A stretch of DNA of 64,000 nucleotides from Amoebophrya sp. A120 (Eukaryota; Protista; Dinoflagellata), in the NCBI GenBank assembly GCA_905178155.1, contig CAJINV010000002.1:303713-367712 (forward strand). The letters are read 5' to 3'. Below, piece after piece: positions 47,843 through 60,500 of this stretch; the first letter of the stretch is position 1; every line of letters starts with the position of its first letter. The notes under the pieces were generated by a model, which saw only the letters and a list, made by a program, of their open reading frames with translations, had not been told where the DNA came from and ran no database searches. The position numbers and the translations under genes are program-made.

Positions 47843-49808
47843 TTTGGAGTCGGGGCGAGAGGTGGGGGAAGATGGAAAATATAGATGTATGAGTTCTTCT
47901 TGTAGATAGAGGGTCGTCGTCGAAGATTCAAAATCTGCGCTCGTGGAGGTCGTCGTACAGTGGGTCTAGAATTTGAATTGTTGGCTGTCTAGCAGCACTG
48001 GATGAATTGGAAATAGAGTCATACAACTGTTTTTGTAGTAGGCCTTCGATGAAAAATCCAATTCTGTAGCTCCACCTCCACCTGCAATTCTTGTTTTGTT
48101 TTGTCTTAGTTTTTTCGAATAAAGGGGAAAGTAAATTTTGGCCTCGAAAAAATTGTACACCAGAGCTACGGATAAATCGTAAGGTCGGAGTATATGACTC
48201 AGCTGCGGTTAATTATAGGGTGTTGATAGCCTTAATATCGTTATCGATGATACCGACCCCGGCGGTTGCAGAAGCCGAAGTAGGTGCACGAAAACGAATC
48301 TGGTTATTTTTTTTGTTGGGTATAAATGAATTTTCTGCCTCCACCTTTTGTCAGAGACAGACCGAGCTGAGTCCGCTTTGTCTAGGCCCTCTAGGCCCGG
48401 CCACTCTGAACGCCTAGACCGATCTGACTCCGCTCAATTCGTTCCGAATGTGATGGCTTTGCCCTCATAGTATTTGATGGGGGGTTCGTATCCCGACCAA
48501 CGTCATTTCGAACCGATTTACACACACATCAGCCAACGAAGATTTTTCATAATTAGAGACCCTAACCCTTGCTCCTTTGACCGCACTTGCTCATTTTGAT
48601 TCTGTGATCTTTGCAATCAGAACCTGATGGGAAAGATGTAGTGGAAGGTCATTGATCATGAGATCAAACTTCTAAGTAAACCGATTCTCGTGCAGCTTGT
48701 TCTAGCGGAGAAAGCACAGTAGAGGCTCACAGCTGGGATCCATACTGTCCGCATTTCGATGTACGAAGTTTGATCATTTTGGTGAAATTCTGTATAGACC
48801 AAATCGAGAGAAGATACTACGACGCGCTACTGGCCGGCGGAAGTAGCACTGTTTTGGACGTCGATCCTGAAGATCGATAGCTCCGCGCGAAGTTGTACAC
48901 CGATTCATCAGCCTCCACAACACGACGACGGTCCTCGCATGAAAAAAAACAGAACTGTCTGCGTTTTTTCCTCTTGAAGATCGCTGACCAACGAACAGAG
49001 CAGGCGTGAGTAGTTGTCCCCGTATTTAAGGTTCATGTGAAGATTAAGAAAAAATCTTGTTCGAGGAGTCGTGCTCTTCGCCTCTCCGATCCGCAGGACC
49101 CGCCGAGCAGACACAGTGCGATAGACATAGTTTCTCTTTTGACACCCTAAGTCCTACTTTCCTTACTCAAAACGAGCAGCCAATGAAAAAACGAATAGTA
49201 CCATCGCCATAGGCTGAAATCCAACTCACTAGCACCACCTCCCGGCGACCCGCCCTCGTACGGTAGTACTCAAGAGAATTCCAAGTGTTCCAGCTCGTGC
49301 CCATCTAAACATGGCGCAACTTCTTCTTCGTCAGCAGGAAGCTGCGGTCCGGAAGTAAAATAAACTGGACTCACTTTCTATCGTCGAGGAGAGCAGCCAA
49401 AGGAGTTGCATTTGTTTTCCCAGCCCCGTCATACTGTGGCGCTTCGATTGAAAATAAAAGCGCACAACATGATCATGAATAAGTGGCACAAAAGGTACGA
49501 CCTAATCCAAAAAATTCCGTATGGTATGCTTGCGAAGTAGTTCTGGTAGGAGGTTAAATTTGTTAGGGTTTGAGTGGAGGTGCTACATGAATCATCATAC
49601 AGGAAAAAATTTTGTCGAAAACGGGCCCTCCACAAATGAAGAGCCTCCACGAAGATCGGTAAAAACATAAGACACAATTATATTTTGCGACCAGAGTGCT
49701 TCTACGTCGCCAGCGCACAGCAACGAAACATTTATATATTCAGAAGAAGGATCACCAAAACTAGAGTTTATCGGTCGTTTTGACCGAACCGCCAAAAGCA
49801 GCACTAGC

Positions 49809-52696
49809 CTACGGACGCACCGAGTCCGGTGCTGGTGCAGCGGACGAAGGATCATTCGTGAGTTGCAAATTAAGTTCTTGTGCAGCAGACAAGAACCGCC
49901 CGCCAGAGGTGGATGCGGGTCCTGGTCGTCCCACGAGGTACAGCTTGGCCAGGTCCGTATCGAAAGGAAAAGACCCCCCTTTCCATATCAAAACGGAATT
50001 TCTGACGCTGGATCTGTGTACACAAATCAGCCTTGTATTGCAGGAAGGCACTGCGGCCAGTTCCCCAGGCTAGGTAGGGGCGTATGGGTCTAGTTGCTCA
50101 GCATGTCAAACGGCTCCCCTTTAGGCCCAACAACATGACAAATCGCTTTCATAATGGGGCGGAAGCTTCTGCCCTTGTCTTCTTGCAAGACAAATGCGAT
50201 TTGTGACCTCAAATCAGCAACACAAATTTTCGGAAACATACCTTTTCAATATGGGGAGGGGGAGTTTTTCCTTTCAATATCCCGCTGCTCGTGAATCCCG
50301 GATCTCCGCGAGTTCATTTGTTGCAAATTTATCGCGATTATCAAATCTAAATTTGTCTGGGTCTGGAAGAATGCAAACTTCTCATGCATTTTTTCCATGC
50401 CGATGCCCCATGAGGTTTGAAATGCGAGACGTAGCATGACAGGTTCTGCGACGTCTCACTCTATCATGCCTATCCTGCATGACAGACTGCCTCTAAACTT
50501 GTTCAAAAGTGGACAGCTTTTGGTAGTCATGCAACACAAATTTGTGTACGATCCAGACTTAGCATGACAAGTTCGTGTCCTCGTCCCAGACCCAGACATA
50601 TTTGCAATGCATAGCGATCCGCTTCAGTGATGTGCTGCCCGGGTTGTCCTGGTGCTGCTGCTGGAGTCCAGTATGCATTGCAAAAGTACACCCGTATATT
50701 AGTGGCACACGCATTACAAGCAGCTTATTTCGATGTCCCAAAAGGAGAGATGGATTTTTTTGTACTGCTGATTTATGATCACTTAGGACGAGCAGATCTG
50801 TCATGCACGCGACTGCAAAAATTATATTATGTAAGTACAAGTGAACGATAGTACTTTTGCACATGATATCCAACGAAGGTGGTATGCAACAGGCGGAGCA
50901 TTTTTACTGCAAGAAAGCCTTTCTCTACTACTCCGAGCAAGAGACTCGTCCTTCAGAGCTTCTTTTGTCAGTGTCTTGTTGGTCAGCAACGGCATCTTTT
51001 GTCTCGACCATTCGGATCGCCTACCGTGTTCAAGATTCTCGGAGCTCCTGCCCGATGAAGGTGGAGCGGCCCCAGTCCCTGTCCCTGGTGCAGTTGTTCC
51101 GTCGCCGCTAGAAGCAGCCTTGTCGTCCTTCACGGTGCAGCTGTCACTCTGCTTGTGCCGCTTCCTCGGCGGCGCTCCTACCACATCCATGGACACCTTT
51201 CCAGTTCCATGCCACGTAACATCTTTAACATAGGGATACTCTTTTTCGCCGGGAAGCTCCTTTTTATCACGATCTTCCGCTGAAGCAAGCAGTGGTACTC
51301 CACCGCCTGGCGAGGAGGCCACGCGGCTGGCCGTCGAACCAGCGGAATCAGCTGCTGCTGCACCCACGTATCAACTGTAAAAATGTCTGGGTCTGGAAAC
51401 TTGTAATGCTGGGCGGCGTATCATGAGGAGGCTACAAGTGCTGGCTCAGCATGACAAGTTTCTGAGCTTCTTAGTGTTGCCTATTCTGCATGACAGACTG
51501 CGTTTCTGCATGACAGAAAAATGGGAGCTTTGGGTAATGTGCAGGACAAATTTAAGAATCATGTGAGACAAGCATGACAAGCTTGCATTCTTCCAGACCC
51601 AGACATTTTTGCAATCCATACCACGGCGGAACTGCTGCACCCAAGCACCCACGGCGGAATCTGCTTTTCCGGGGCGTACTTGTCACGCAGAAGAATGGTA
51701 TGCACTGCAAAAGTATCGCACTCGTAGTAACTGCAGTCATGCATTTTTCTATTTCTTTTTATAGGTAAATCCGCATATACAAGAAATTTTATTTCTCGTC
51801 ACACTGAGGATGAAATTTTTTGTATACGAATTCATTATACGAGTATAGAAACAGATACTTTTGCAATGCATAAATGGCCGCCTTTTGCTTCTCCTTGCCA
51901 CATTTGGTAAGGGTTTCCGCTGCGTCTTTTAGAAGGTTCGTCACATTGTCCTTCACGCCCAGTTCTTTCAACATGGCTACCAAGGCGAGCTTTGTCTCCA
52001 CGGCGGAACTGCTGCATATGGCGTTCTCAAATTATCGGTTAGTACCTTCTCAACTGTTACATGAATTTGTAATGCAAGAATGCCAATGAAATTAAAAGTG
52101 CAAGGGTGAAGTAGAGCGCGGCTTTTGCATTACAGGTTCCGCACAGATTTAGATGCTGTTTGGCCATTTGGAAATTTGTCATGCGATAGTAAGCTTGATG
52201 ATAGTGATACTGATGACAGTTTTGCATGACAAATTCATGTAACAGTTGAGAAGGTAACCGATTTGAGAGCCCCATACTGCACCCAAAAAAACACGGCGGT
52301 ATCTGGCGGTTCCCCGGCAGACGAATGGTATGCAGTGCAAAAGCATCGTACTGCTCGTAGTAAAAATTGGCAATGATGCATTTTTATTTTATAGGTAAAT
52401 CTAAATCCGCATTACAAATTTTACTTCTCACGCTGAGGAAATAATTTGTAAAAATGCGACGAGTATTATAGATACTTTTGTATAATGCATAAAAGGTATT
52501 GAGAGGAAAAATCCCCCTCCCCATATCGAAAAAGTATCTTTCCGAAAATTTGCATTGCTGATTTGAGGTCACAAATCACATTTGTCTCGTAAGAGGACAA
52601 GGGTAGAAGCTTCCGCCCCATTATGGAAGCGATTTGTCATGCTGTTGGGCCTAAAGGTCAGCCGTTTGCAATGCTGAACAACTAGACCCATACGCC
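49809..52696 (-). CDS. First (partial) copy of the 3' part of the helical-repeat gene
   Basis: Essentially identical to 57563-60450; splices in frame through the B, F, B, A, B, A, D elements to TAG at 49809. Confidence 0.6.
49958..50279. mobile_element. Introner element family D (copy at +7754)
   Basis: TAT...ATA ends, TSD GTCCG/TCCCG. Confidence 0.88.
50339..50613. mobile_element. Introner element family A (copy at +7754)
   Basis: Perfect TSD GCGAT. Confidence 0.9.
50672..50868. mobile_element. Introner element family B, diverged (copy at +7754)
   Basis: TSD TCCAG/TCCAA. Confidence 0.85.
51369..51620. mobile_element. Introner element family A (copy at +7754)
   Basis: Perfect TSD CCACG. 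Confidence 0.92.
51699..51872. mobile_element. Introner element family B (copy at +7754)
   Basis: Perfect TSD AATGG. Confidence 0.9.
52017..52276. mobile_element. Introner element family F (copy at +7754)
   Basis: Perfect TSD CTGCA. Confidence 0.9.
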
Positions 52697-54837
52697 NATC
52701 TGAAGCATGCAAAAATCTGTGTTGCATGAGTGCCAAAAGCTGTCCACTTTTGACCAAGTTGGAAGGGAGTTTCTCATGCAGGATAGGCATGGCAGAGACC
52801 TCGCAGAATCTGTCATGCTAAGTCCCAGACTCAGACCTCATGGGTCATGGAAAATCTGCATGACAAGTCTGCATTCTTTGAGACCCAGACATATTTGCCT
52901 TTGATATCCTCCCCAATCAAGCCAAACCTTGCCAGCTTGCTGGGCTGCGTGTCGCCGTCGCCACGAATTGCTAGTTTGCGCAAAATATCCTGTGCAAAAG
53001 TATCCGATACTCGTAGTAATTATCGCAGTCATGCATTACAAGTTTCGCTTTCGTTCTCAAGTTCAATCCGCGTTACAAATTTCATTTCTCATGCTGAGGA
53101 AATTTGTCATGCGATTTATACCTAGTGGGCGCGATGCTTTTGCATTTCATAGAAAACCTTCTCTCGTTCTGGTTCGGTAATATGCAGTGCAAAAGTATCG
53201 TACTCGTATAAATGCATTACAAATTTCCTCAGCATGACAAATAAAATTTGTGATGCTGATTTACCTTAAGAACAAGATTTGTAATGCATGATTGCAATAC
53301 GAGTACGATGCTTTTGCAGTTCATAGGTAAGTTCTTCCACCCAACTGTCCACCCAATGCGCCAGATGACCTCCTTATCCAAGAAAAAAACGTTGTTAGAA
53401 GTGTAAATTTGTGATGCGCAACATGCAAAAAGATTGCGTCTGTCATGCTTGGCATGCGTCGTAGGGTTCAGTAAAGGACGTTTTCACGTAGTATCTGCGC
53501 ATGACAGGTTTTTGCTGTCATGCCAGACGAATTTGTAATGCTGTTCCTCCAAAAAAGTAACACCTACAACGTTTTCTTCTTGGATACTCCTTGAGGAGCA
53601 CTGTCTTGATCTTCCCTTCCGCGGACAAGCATGCGCACTGCGTCTGCAGTTCCGACTTTTCCGAAAATCAGCTGCGGCCCGAAGAGGAGCGAAGCTCCAA
53701 GAAAGTTGTACAAGAACCCTGTTGCTGTGAATAAGCTGGCGCAGCTGCTGCAGACGCGACGAGAGACGGAAAGCGCCATTTTGGAGTCGGGAGGACGATA
53801 AAGCGTACGGAAGAAGATCGAAAACAAAGCGAATTTCTACTTGTTGAGGTCGTCGTATACTAAAGTTGCTATAAAACTTCAATTTTTGGCTGTTCTCTAG
53901 CCCTGGAAATAGGATAAAAACAGTTGTTGCAGTAGTAGATTTCGACGTAGTCCTCGCGCACCAGGACTAGAAAGACGTTTTTTACAGTTTTTATATCTCT
54001 AGAAGTAGAACCAACATCTTCAGACCATCGATGACAATAATCCAATTCTGTAGTTACACGTCCTGCGTGAGGTGATCCCATTCTGGGGTGCGCGAATTGC
54101 ACCTGCACAACGTGTGTGGTGCGCGAATTACATCACGAATCTTTTCTTGCATTACTTTTCTAGACCCAGGCATATTTGCATTTGCTTTTGCGCTGGATAG
54201 CTGGATACAAGATTTAGGACAAAAACATTGCGAAGAAGCTCCTTGTTAGGGCAAGACCTCTACTTTCTGATCTGGTGCTCCACGGGGGATCAATTACTTT
54301 CTGAGCTCTCCTCCTCCATTGCTCTACTTTCTGATTCTCATCTGCTCCGCGGGGGATCAATAAATTGCGTCAATTAGCTGCACTGTATTAATTCTCGAAC
54401 ACTACAACCGCGTTGGGAAAAATCCAGGCTCGAGCAGCACCCCAAATTTTTTCACTTCTTGCTCCAAAAATTGCTCTAGGCTAGTATGTACCTGTTTCAA
54501 AAACTGCTTAGAAACTGCTGGCAACTGCCCAGTCAGCACATAAGCAAAGCAAAATCGGTATTTTGTCGTTAATTTTCCGCGTAATTCCACCGCGGCTCCA
54601 GCTTCCTGAAGCTGAATTCGGTAGCTTTTGAAATTTGTTCTTGCGCAAGAACAAGTACACGCGCAAGTTACAGCCCTCTTTTCGTTCCTTTCGTCTTCAA
54701 GTGTGCAAAGGCTTTTTACCCACCCACACGATACAGATTCCACCCAGCATTACAAACAAAAATGGCATTCGATTTGTTGGTCCTCCTGCATTGCATTCCC
54801 GCCCAATTTACGGCTCTACGCTGGGCGGCGCAGGATC

Positions 54838-55596
54838 TCAACCTTCAAACCACCACTGTAACCGAGCAAGCACCGCACTCATGTTCTTCAGCGTAACACT
54901 CTTTGTCGCCGTTCCGAGCTTGAGCCGGTAGTTGTGATGAGTGACGAGGCAGTCCCGCAGATCGCGGAGAACCCCCTTGTCCTGGGATGGAATCTCGCCA
55001 AGCTTCGCCTTGAGCTGTTGTGCGTTGCTCGGAAAAAAAAGATAGTTGTAGGGGTCGTTCAGAGGAAAGTGAAATTTGTAAACTGCAACCAAGCCGTCTG
55101 CAGCCATTGCCCGGAAGGCATGCTGATCCTCCAAGTCAGACCCGTCGCCACCTGTTGGAGACGTCATTACCGGGACTTCCCCATCCCAGCCGGGCAGATC
55201 GGTGTCTGGAATTTCGCTGTAGTTGTCGGTGTTCATCATCATCTGGTCGGCATGGTCTACTTCTACGTCCATCGCATTGGGATTTCCATCACTGGAGATG
55301 CGCGTAGCTCTTTGTCGACTCCGACTCCGACTCCGACGCCGCTCCCGATCATAAAGGTAAAGCTGTTCTTCCGGTACCTCTTCTACATGGAAAGTCCCTT
55401 GACGTCCACGACTTCCTTGCTGCCAATTCATTCGCACTGCATCTGCGGACATCAAGGCTTCTAGACAGAGCTGCGGCAAAAAGAACATCATGGGCGAGCC
55501 AAGAAAGACCTTTGATGCCGTCGTGGTGAAAAAGCTGATGAAGATCTTGCAGACGCGACGAGAAATAACGGGAAGTGACCTCCCACGAATGACCAT
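54838..55596 (-). CDS. Duplicate of 47084-47842
   Basis: Identical 252-aa ORF within the duplicated block. Confidence 0.6.
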   Translation of the reverse strand: MVIRGRSLPVISRRVCKIFISFFTTTASKVFLGSPMMFFLPQLCLEALMSADAVRMNWQQGSRGRQGTFHVEEVPEEQLYLYDRERRRSRSRSRQRATRISSDGNPNAMDVEVDHADQMMMNTDNYSEIPDTDLPGWDGEVPVMTSPTGGDGSDLEDQHAFRAMAADGLVAVYKFHFPLNDPYNYLFFPSNAQQLKAKLGEIPSQDKGVLRDLRDCLVTHHNYRLKLGTATKSVTLKNMSAVLARLQWWFEG

Positions 55597-57562
55597 TTTG
55601 GAGTCGGGGCGAGAGGTGGGGGAAGATGGAAAATATAGATGTATGAGTTCTTCTTGTAGATAGAGGGTCGTCGTCGAAGATTCAAAATCTGCGCTCGTGG
55701 AGGTCGTCGTACAGTGGGTCTAGAATTTGAATTGTTGGCTGTCTAGCAGCACTGGATGAATTGGAAATAGAGTCATACAACTGTTTTTGTAGTAGGCCTT
55801 CGATGAAAAATCCAATTCTGTAGCTCCACCTCCACCTGCAATTCTTGTTTTGTTTTGTCTTAGTTTTTTCGAATAAAGGGGAAAGTAAATTTTGGCCTCG
55901 AAAAAATTGTACACCAGAGCTACGGATAAATCGTAAGGTCGGAGTATATGACTCAGCTGCGGTTAATTATAGGGTGTTGATAGCCTTAATATCGTTATCG
56001 ATGATACCGACCCCGGCGGTTGCAGAAGCCGAAGTAGGTGCACGAAAACGAATCTGGTTATTTTTTTTGTTGGGTATAAATGAATTTTCTGCCTCCACCT
56101 TTTGTCAGAGACAGACCGAGCTGAGTCCGCTTTGTCTAGGCCCTCTAGGCCCGGCCACTCTGAACGCCTAGACCGATCTGACTCCGCTCAATTCGTTCCG
56201 AATGTGATGGCTTTGCCCTCATAGTATTTGATGGGGGGTTCGTATCCCGACCAACGTCATTTCGAACCGATTTACACACACATCAGCCAACGAAGATTTT
56301 TCATAATTAGAGACCCTAACCCTTGCTCCTTTGACCGCACTTGCTCATTTTGATTCTGTGATCTTTGCAATCAGAACCTGATGGGAAAGATGTAGTGGAA
56401 GGTCATTGATCATGAGATCAAACTTCTAAGTAAACCGATTCTCGTGCAGCTTGTTCTAGCGGAGAAAGCACAGTAGAGGCTCACAGCTGGGATCCATACT
56501 GTCCGCATTTCGATGTACGAAGTTTGATCATTTTGGTGAAATTCTGTATAGACCAAATCGAGAGAAGATACTACGACGCGCTACTGGCCGGCGGAAGTAG
56601 CACTGTTTTGGACGTCGATCCTGAAGATCGATAGCTCCGCGCGAAGTTGTACACCGATTCATCAGCCTCCACAACACGACGACGGTCCTCGCATGAAAAA
56701 AAACAGAACTGTCTGCGTTTTTTCCTCTTGAAGATCGCTGACCAACGAACAGAGCAGGCGTGAGTAGTTGTCCCCGTATTTAAGGTTCATGTGAAGATTA
56801 AGAAAAAATCTTGTTCGAGGAGTCGTGCTCTTCGCCTCTCCGATCCGCAGGACCCGCCGAGCAGACACAGTGCGATAGACATAGTTTCTCTTTTGACACC
56901 CTAAGTCCTACTTTCCTTACTCAAAACGAGCAGCCAATGAAAAAACGAATAGTACCATCGCCATAGGCTGAAATCCAACTCACTAGCACCACCTCCCGGC
57001 GACCCGCCCTCGTACGGTAGTACTCAAGAGAATTCCAAGTGTTCCAGCTCGTGCCCATCTAAACATGGCGCAACTTCTTCTTCGTCAGCAGGAAGCTGCG
57101 GTCCGGAAGTAAAATAAACTGGACTCACTTTCTATCGTCGAGGAGAGCAGCCAAAGGAGTTGCATTTGTTTTCCCAGCCCCGTCATACTGTGGCGCTTCG
57201 ATTGAAAATAAAAGCGCACAACATGATCATGAATAAGTGGCACAAAAGGTACGACCTAATCCAAAAAATTCCGTATGGTATGCTTGCGAAGTAGTTCTGG
57301 TAGGAGGTTAAATTTGTTAGGGTTTGAGTGGAGGTGCTACATGAATCATCATACAGGAAAAAATTTTGTCGAAAACGGGCCCTCCACAAATGAAGAGCCT
57401 CCACGAAGATCGGTAAAAACATAAGACACAATTATATTTTGCGACCAGAGTGCTTCTACGTCGCCAGCGCACAGCAACGAAACATTTATATATTCAGAAG
57501 AAGGATCACCAAAACTAGAGTTTATCGGTCGTTTTGACCGAACCGCCAAAAGCAGCACTAGC

Positions 57563-60500
57563 CTACGGACGCACCGAGTCCGGTGCTGGTGCAGCGGACG
57601 AAGGATCATTCGTGAGTTGCAAATTAAGTTCTTGTGCAGCAGACAAGAACCGCCCGCCAGAGGTGGATGCGGGTCCTGGTCGTCCCACGAGGTACAGCTT
57701 GGCCAGGTCCGTATCGAAAGGAAAAGACCCCCCTTTCCATATCAAAACGGAATTTCTGACGCTGGATCTGTGTACACAAATCAGCCTTGTATTGCAGGAA
57801 GGCACTGCGGCCAGTTCCCCAGGCTAGGTAGGGGCGTATGGGTCTAGTTGCTCAGCATGTCAAACGGCTCCCCTTTAGGCCCAACAACATGACAAATCGC
57901 TTTCATAATGGGGCGGAAGCTTCTGCCCTTGTCTTCTTGCAAGACAAATGTGATTTGTGACCTCAAATCAGCAACACAAATTTTCGGAAACATACCTTTT
58001 CAATATGGGGAGGGGGAGTTTTTCCTTTCAATATCCCGCTGCTCGTGAATCCCGGATCTCCGCGAGTTCATTTGTTGCAAATTTATCGCGATTATCAAAT
58101 CTAAATTTGTCTGGGTCTGGAAGAATGCAAACTTCTCATGCATTTTTTCCATGCCGATGCCCCATGAGGTTTGAAATGCGAGACGTAGCATGACAGGTTC
58201 TGCGACGTCTCACTCTATCATGCCTATCCTGCATGACAGACTGCCTCTAAACTTGTTCAAAAGTGGACAGCTTTTGGTAGTCATGCAACACAAATTTGTG
58301 TACGATCCAGACTTAGCATGACAAGTTCGTGTCCTCGTCCCAGACCCAGACATATTTGCAATGCATAGCGATCCGCTTCAGTGATGTGCTGCCCGGGTTG
58401 TCCTGGTGCTGCTGCTGGAGTCCAGTATGCATTGCAAAAGTACACCCGTATATTAGTGGCACACGCATTACAAGCAGCTTATTTCGATGTCCCAAAAGGA
58501 GAGATGGATTTTTTTGTACTGCTGATTTATGATCACTTAGGACGAGCAGATCTGTCATGCACGCGACTGCAAAAATTATATTATGTAAGTACAAGTGAAC
58601 GATAGTACTTTTGCACATGATATCCAACGAAGGTGGTATGCAACAGGCGGAGCATTTTTACTGCAAGAAAGCCTTTCTCTACTACTCCGAGCAAGAGACT
58701 CGTCCTTCAGAGCTTCTTTTGTCAGTGTCTTGTTGGTCAGCAACGGCATCTTTTGTCTCGACCATTCGGATCGCCTACCGTGTTCAAGATTCTCGGAGCT
58801 CCTGCCCGATGAAGGTGGAGCGGCCCCAGTCCCTGTCCCTGGTGCAGTTGTTCCGTCGCCGCTAGAAGCAGCCTTGTCGTCCTTCACGGTGCAGCTGTCA
58901 CTCTGCTTGTGCCGCTTCCTCGGCGGCGCTCCTACCACATCCATGGACACCTTTCCAGTTCCATGCCACGTAACATCTTTAACATAGGGATACTCTTTTT
59001 CGCCGGGAAGCTCCTTTTTATCACGATCTTCCGCTGAAGCAAGCAGTGGTACTCCACCGCCTGGCGAGGAGGCCACGCGGCTGGCCGTCGAACCAGCGGA
59101 ATCAGCTGCTGCTGCACCCACGTATCAACTGTAAAAATGTCTGGGTCTGGAAACTTGTAATGCTGGGCGGCGTATCATGAGGAGGCTACAAGTGCTGGCT
59201 CAGCATGACAAGTTTCTGAGCTTCTTAGTGTTGCCTATTCTGCATGACAGACTGCGTTTCTGCATGACAGAAAAATGGGAGCTTTGGGTAATGTGCAGGA
59301 CAAATTTAAGAATCATGTGAGACAAGCATGACAAGCTTGCATTCTTCCAGACCCAGACATTTTTGCAATCCATACCACGGCGGAACTGCTGCACCCAAGC
59401 ACCCACGGCGGAATCTGCTTTTCCGGGGCGTACTTGTCACGCAGAAGAATGGTATGCACTGCAAAAGTATCGCACTCGTAGTAACTGCAGTCATGCATTT
59501 TTCTATTTCTTTTTATAGGTAAATCCGCATATACAAGAAATTTTATTTCTCGTCACACTGAGGATGAAATTTTTTGTATACGAATTCATTATACGAGTAT
59601 AGAAACAGATACTTTTGCAATGCATAAATGGCCGCCTTTTGCTTCTCCTTGCCACATTTGGTAAGGGTTTCCGCTGCGTCTTTTAGAAGGTTCGTCACAT
59701 TGTCCTTCACGCCCAGTTCTTTCAACATGGCTACCAAGGCGAGCTTTGTCTCCACGGCGGAACTGCTGCATATGGCGTTCTCAAATTATCGGTTAGTACC
59801 TTCTCAACTGTTACATGAATTTGTAATGCAAGAATGCCAATGAAATTAAAAGTGCAAGGGTGAAGTAGAGCGCGGCTTTTGCATTACAGGTTCCGCACAG
59901 ATTTAGATGCTGTTTGGCCATTTGGAAATTTGTCATGCGATAGTAAGCTTGATGATAGTGATACTGATGACAGTTTTGCATGACAAATTCATGTAACAGT
60001 TGAGAAGGTAACCGATTTGAGAGCCCCATACTGCACCCAAAAAAACACGGCGGTATCTGGCGGTTCCCCGGCAGACGAATGGTATGCAGTGCAAAAGCAT
60101 CGTACTGCTCGTAGTAAAAATTGGCAATGATGCATTTTTATTTTATAGGTAAATCTAAATCCGCATTACAAATTTTACTTCTCACGCTGAGGAAATAATT
60201 TGTAAAAATGCGACGAGTATTATAGATACTTTTGTATAATGCATAAAAGGTATTGAGAGGAAAAATCCCCCTCCCCATATCGAAAAAGTATCTTTCCGAA
60301 AATTTGCATTGCTGATTTGAGGTCACAAATCACATTTGTCTCGTAAGAGGACAAGGGTAGAAGCTTCCGCCCCATTATGGAAGCGATTTGTCATGCTGTT
60401 GGGCCTAAAGGTCAGCCGTTTGCAATGCTGAACAACTAGACCCATACGCCACTCGCTAGCCTGGGGATCTGGTCGCAATGCCTTCCTGCAATACAAATCT

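Larger units (their letters stand above)
44945..60450. repeat. 7,754-bp near-identical tandem duplication (44945-52696 and 52698-60450) across a single N; likely assembly artefact
   Basis: All ORFs recur at +7754; only about 3 substitutions noticed; the junction at N 52697 cuts a D element and an A element mid-way. Confidence 0.9.
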
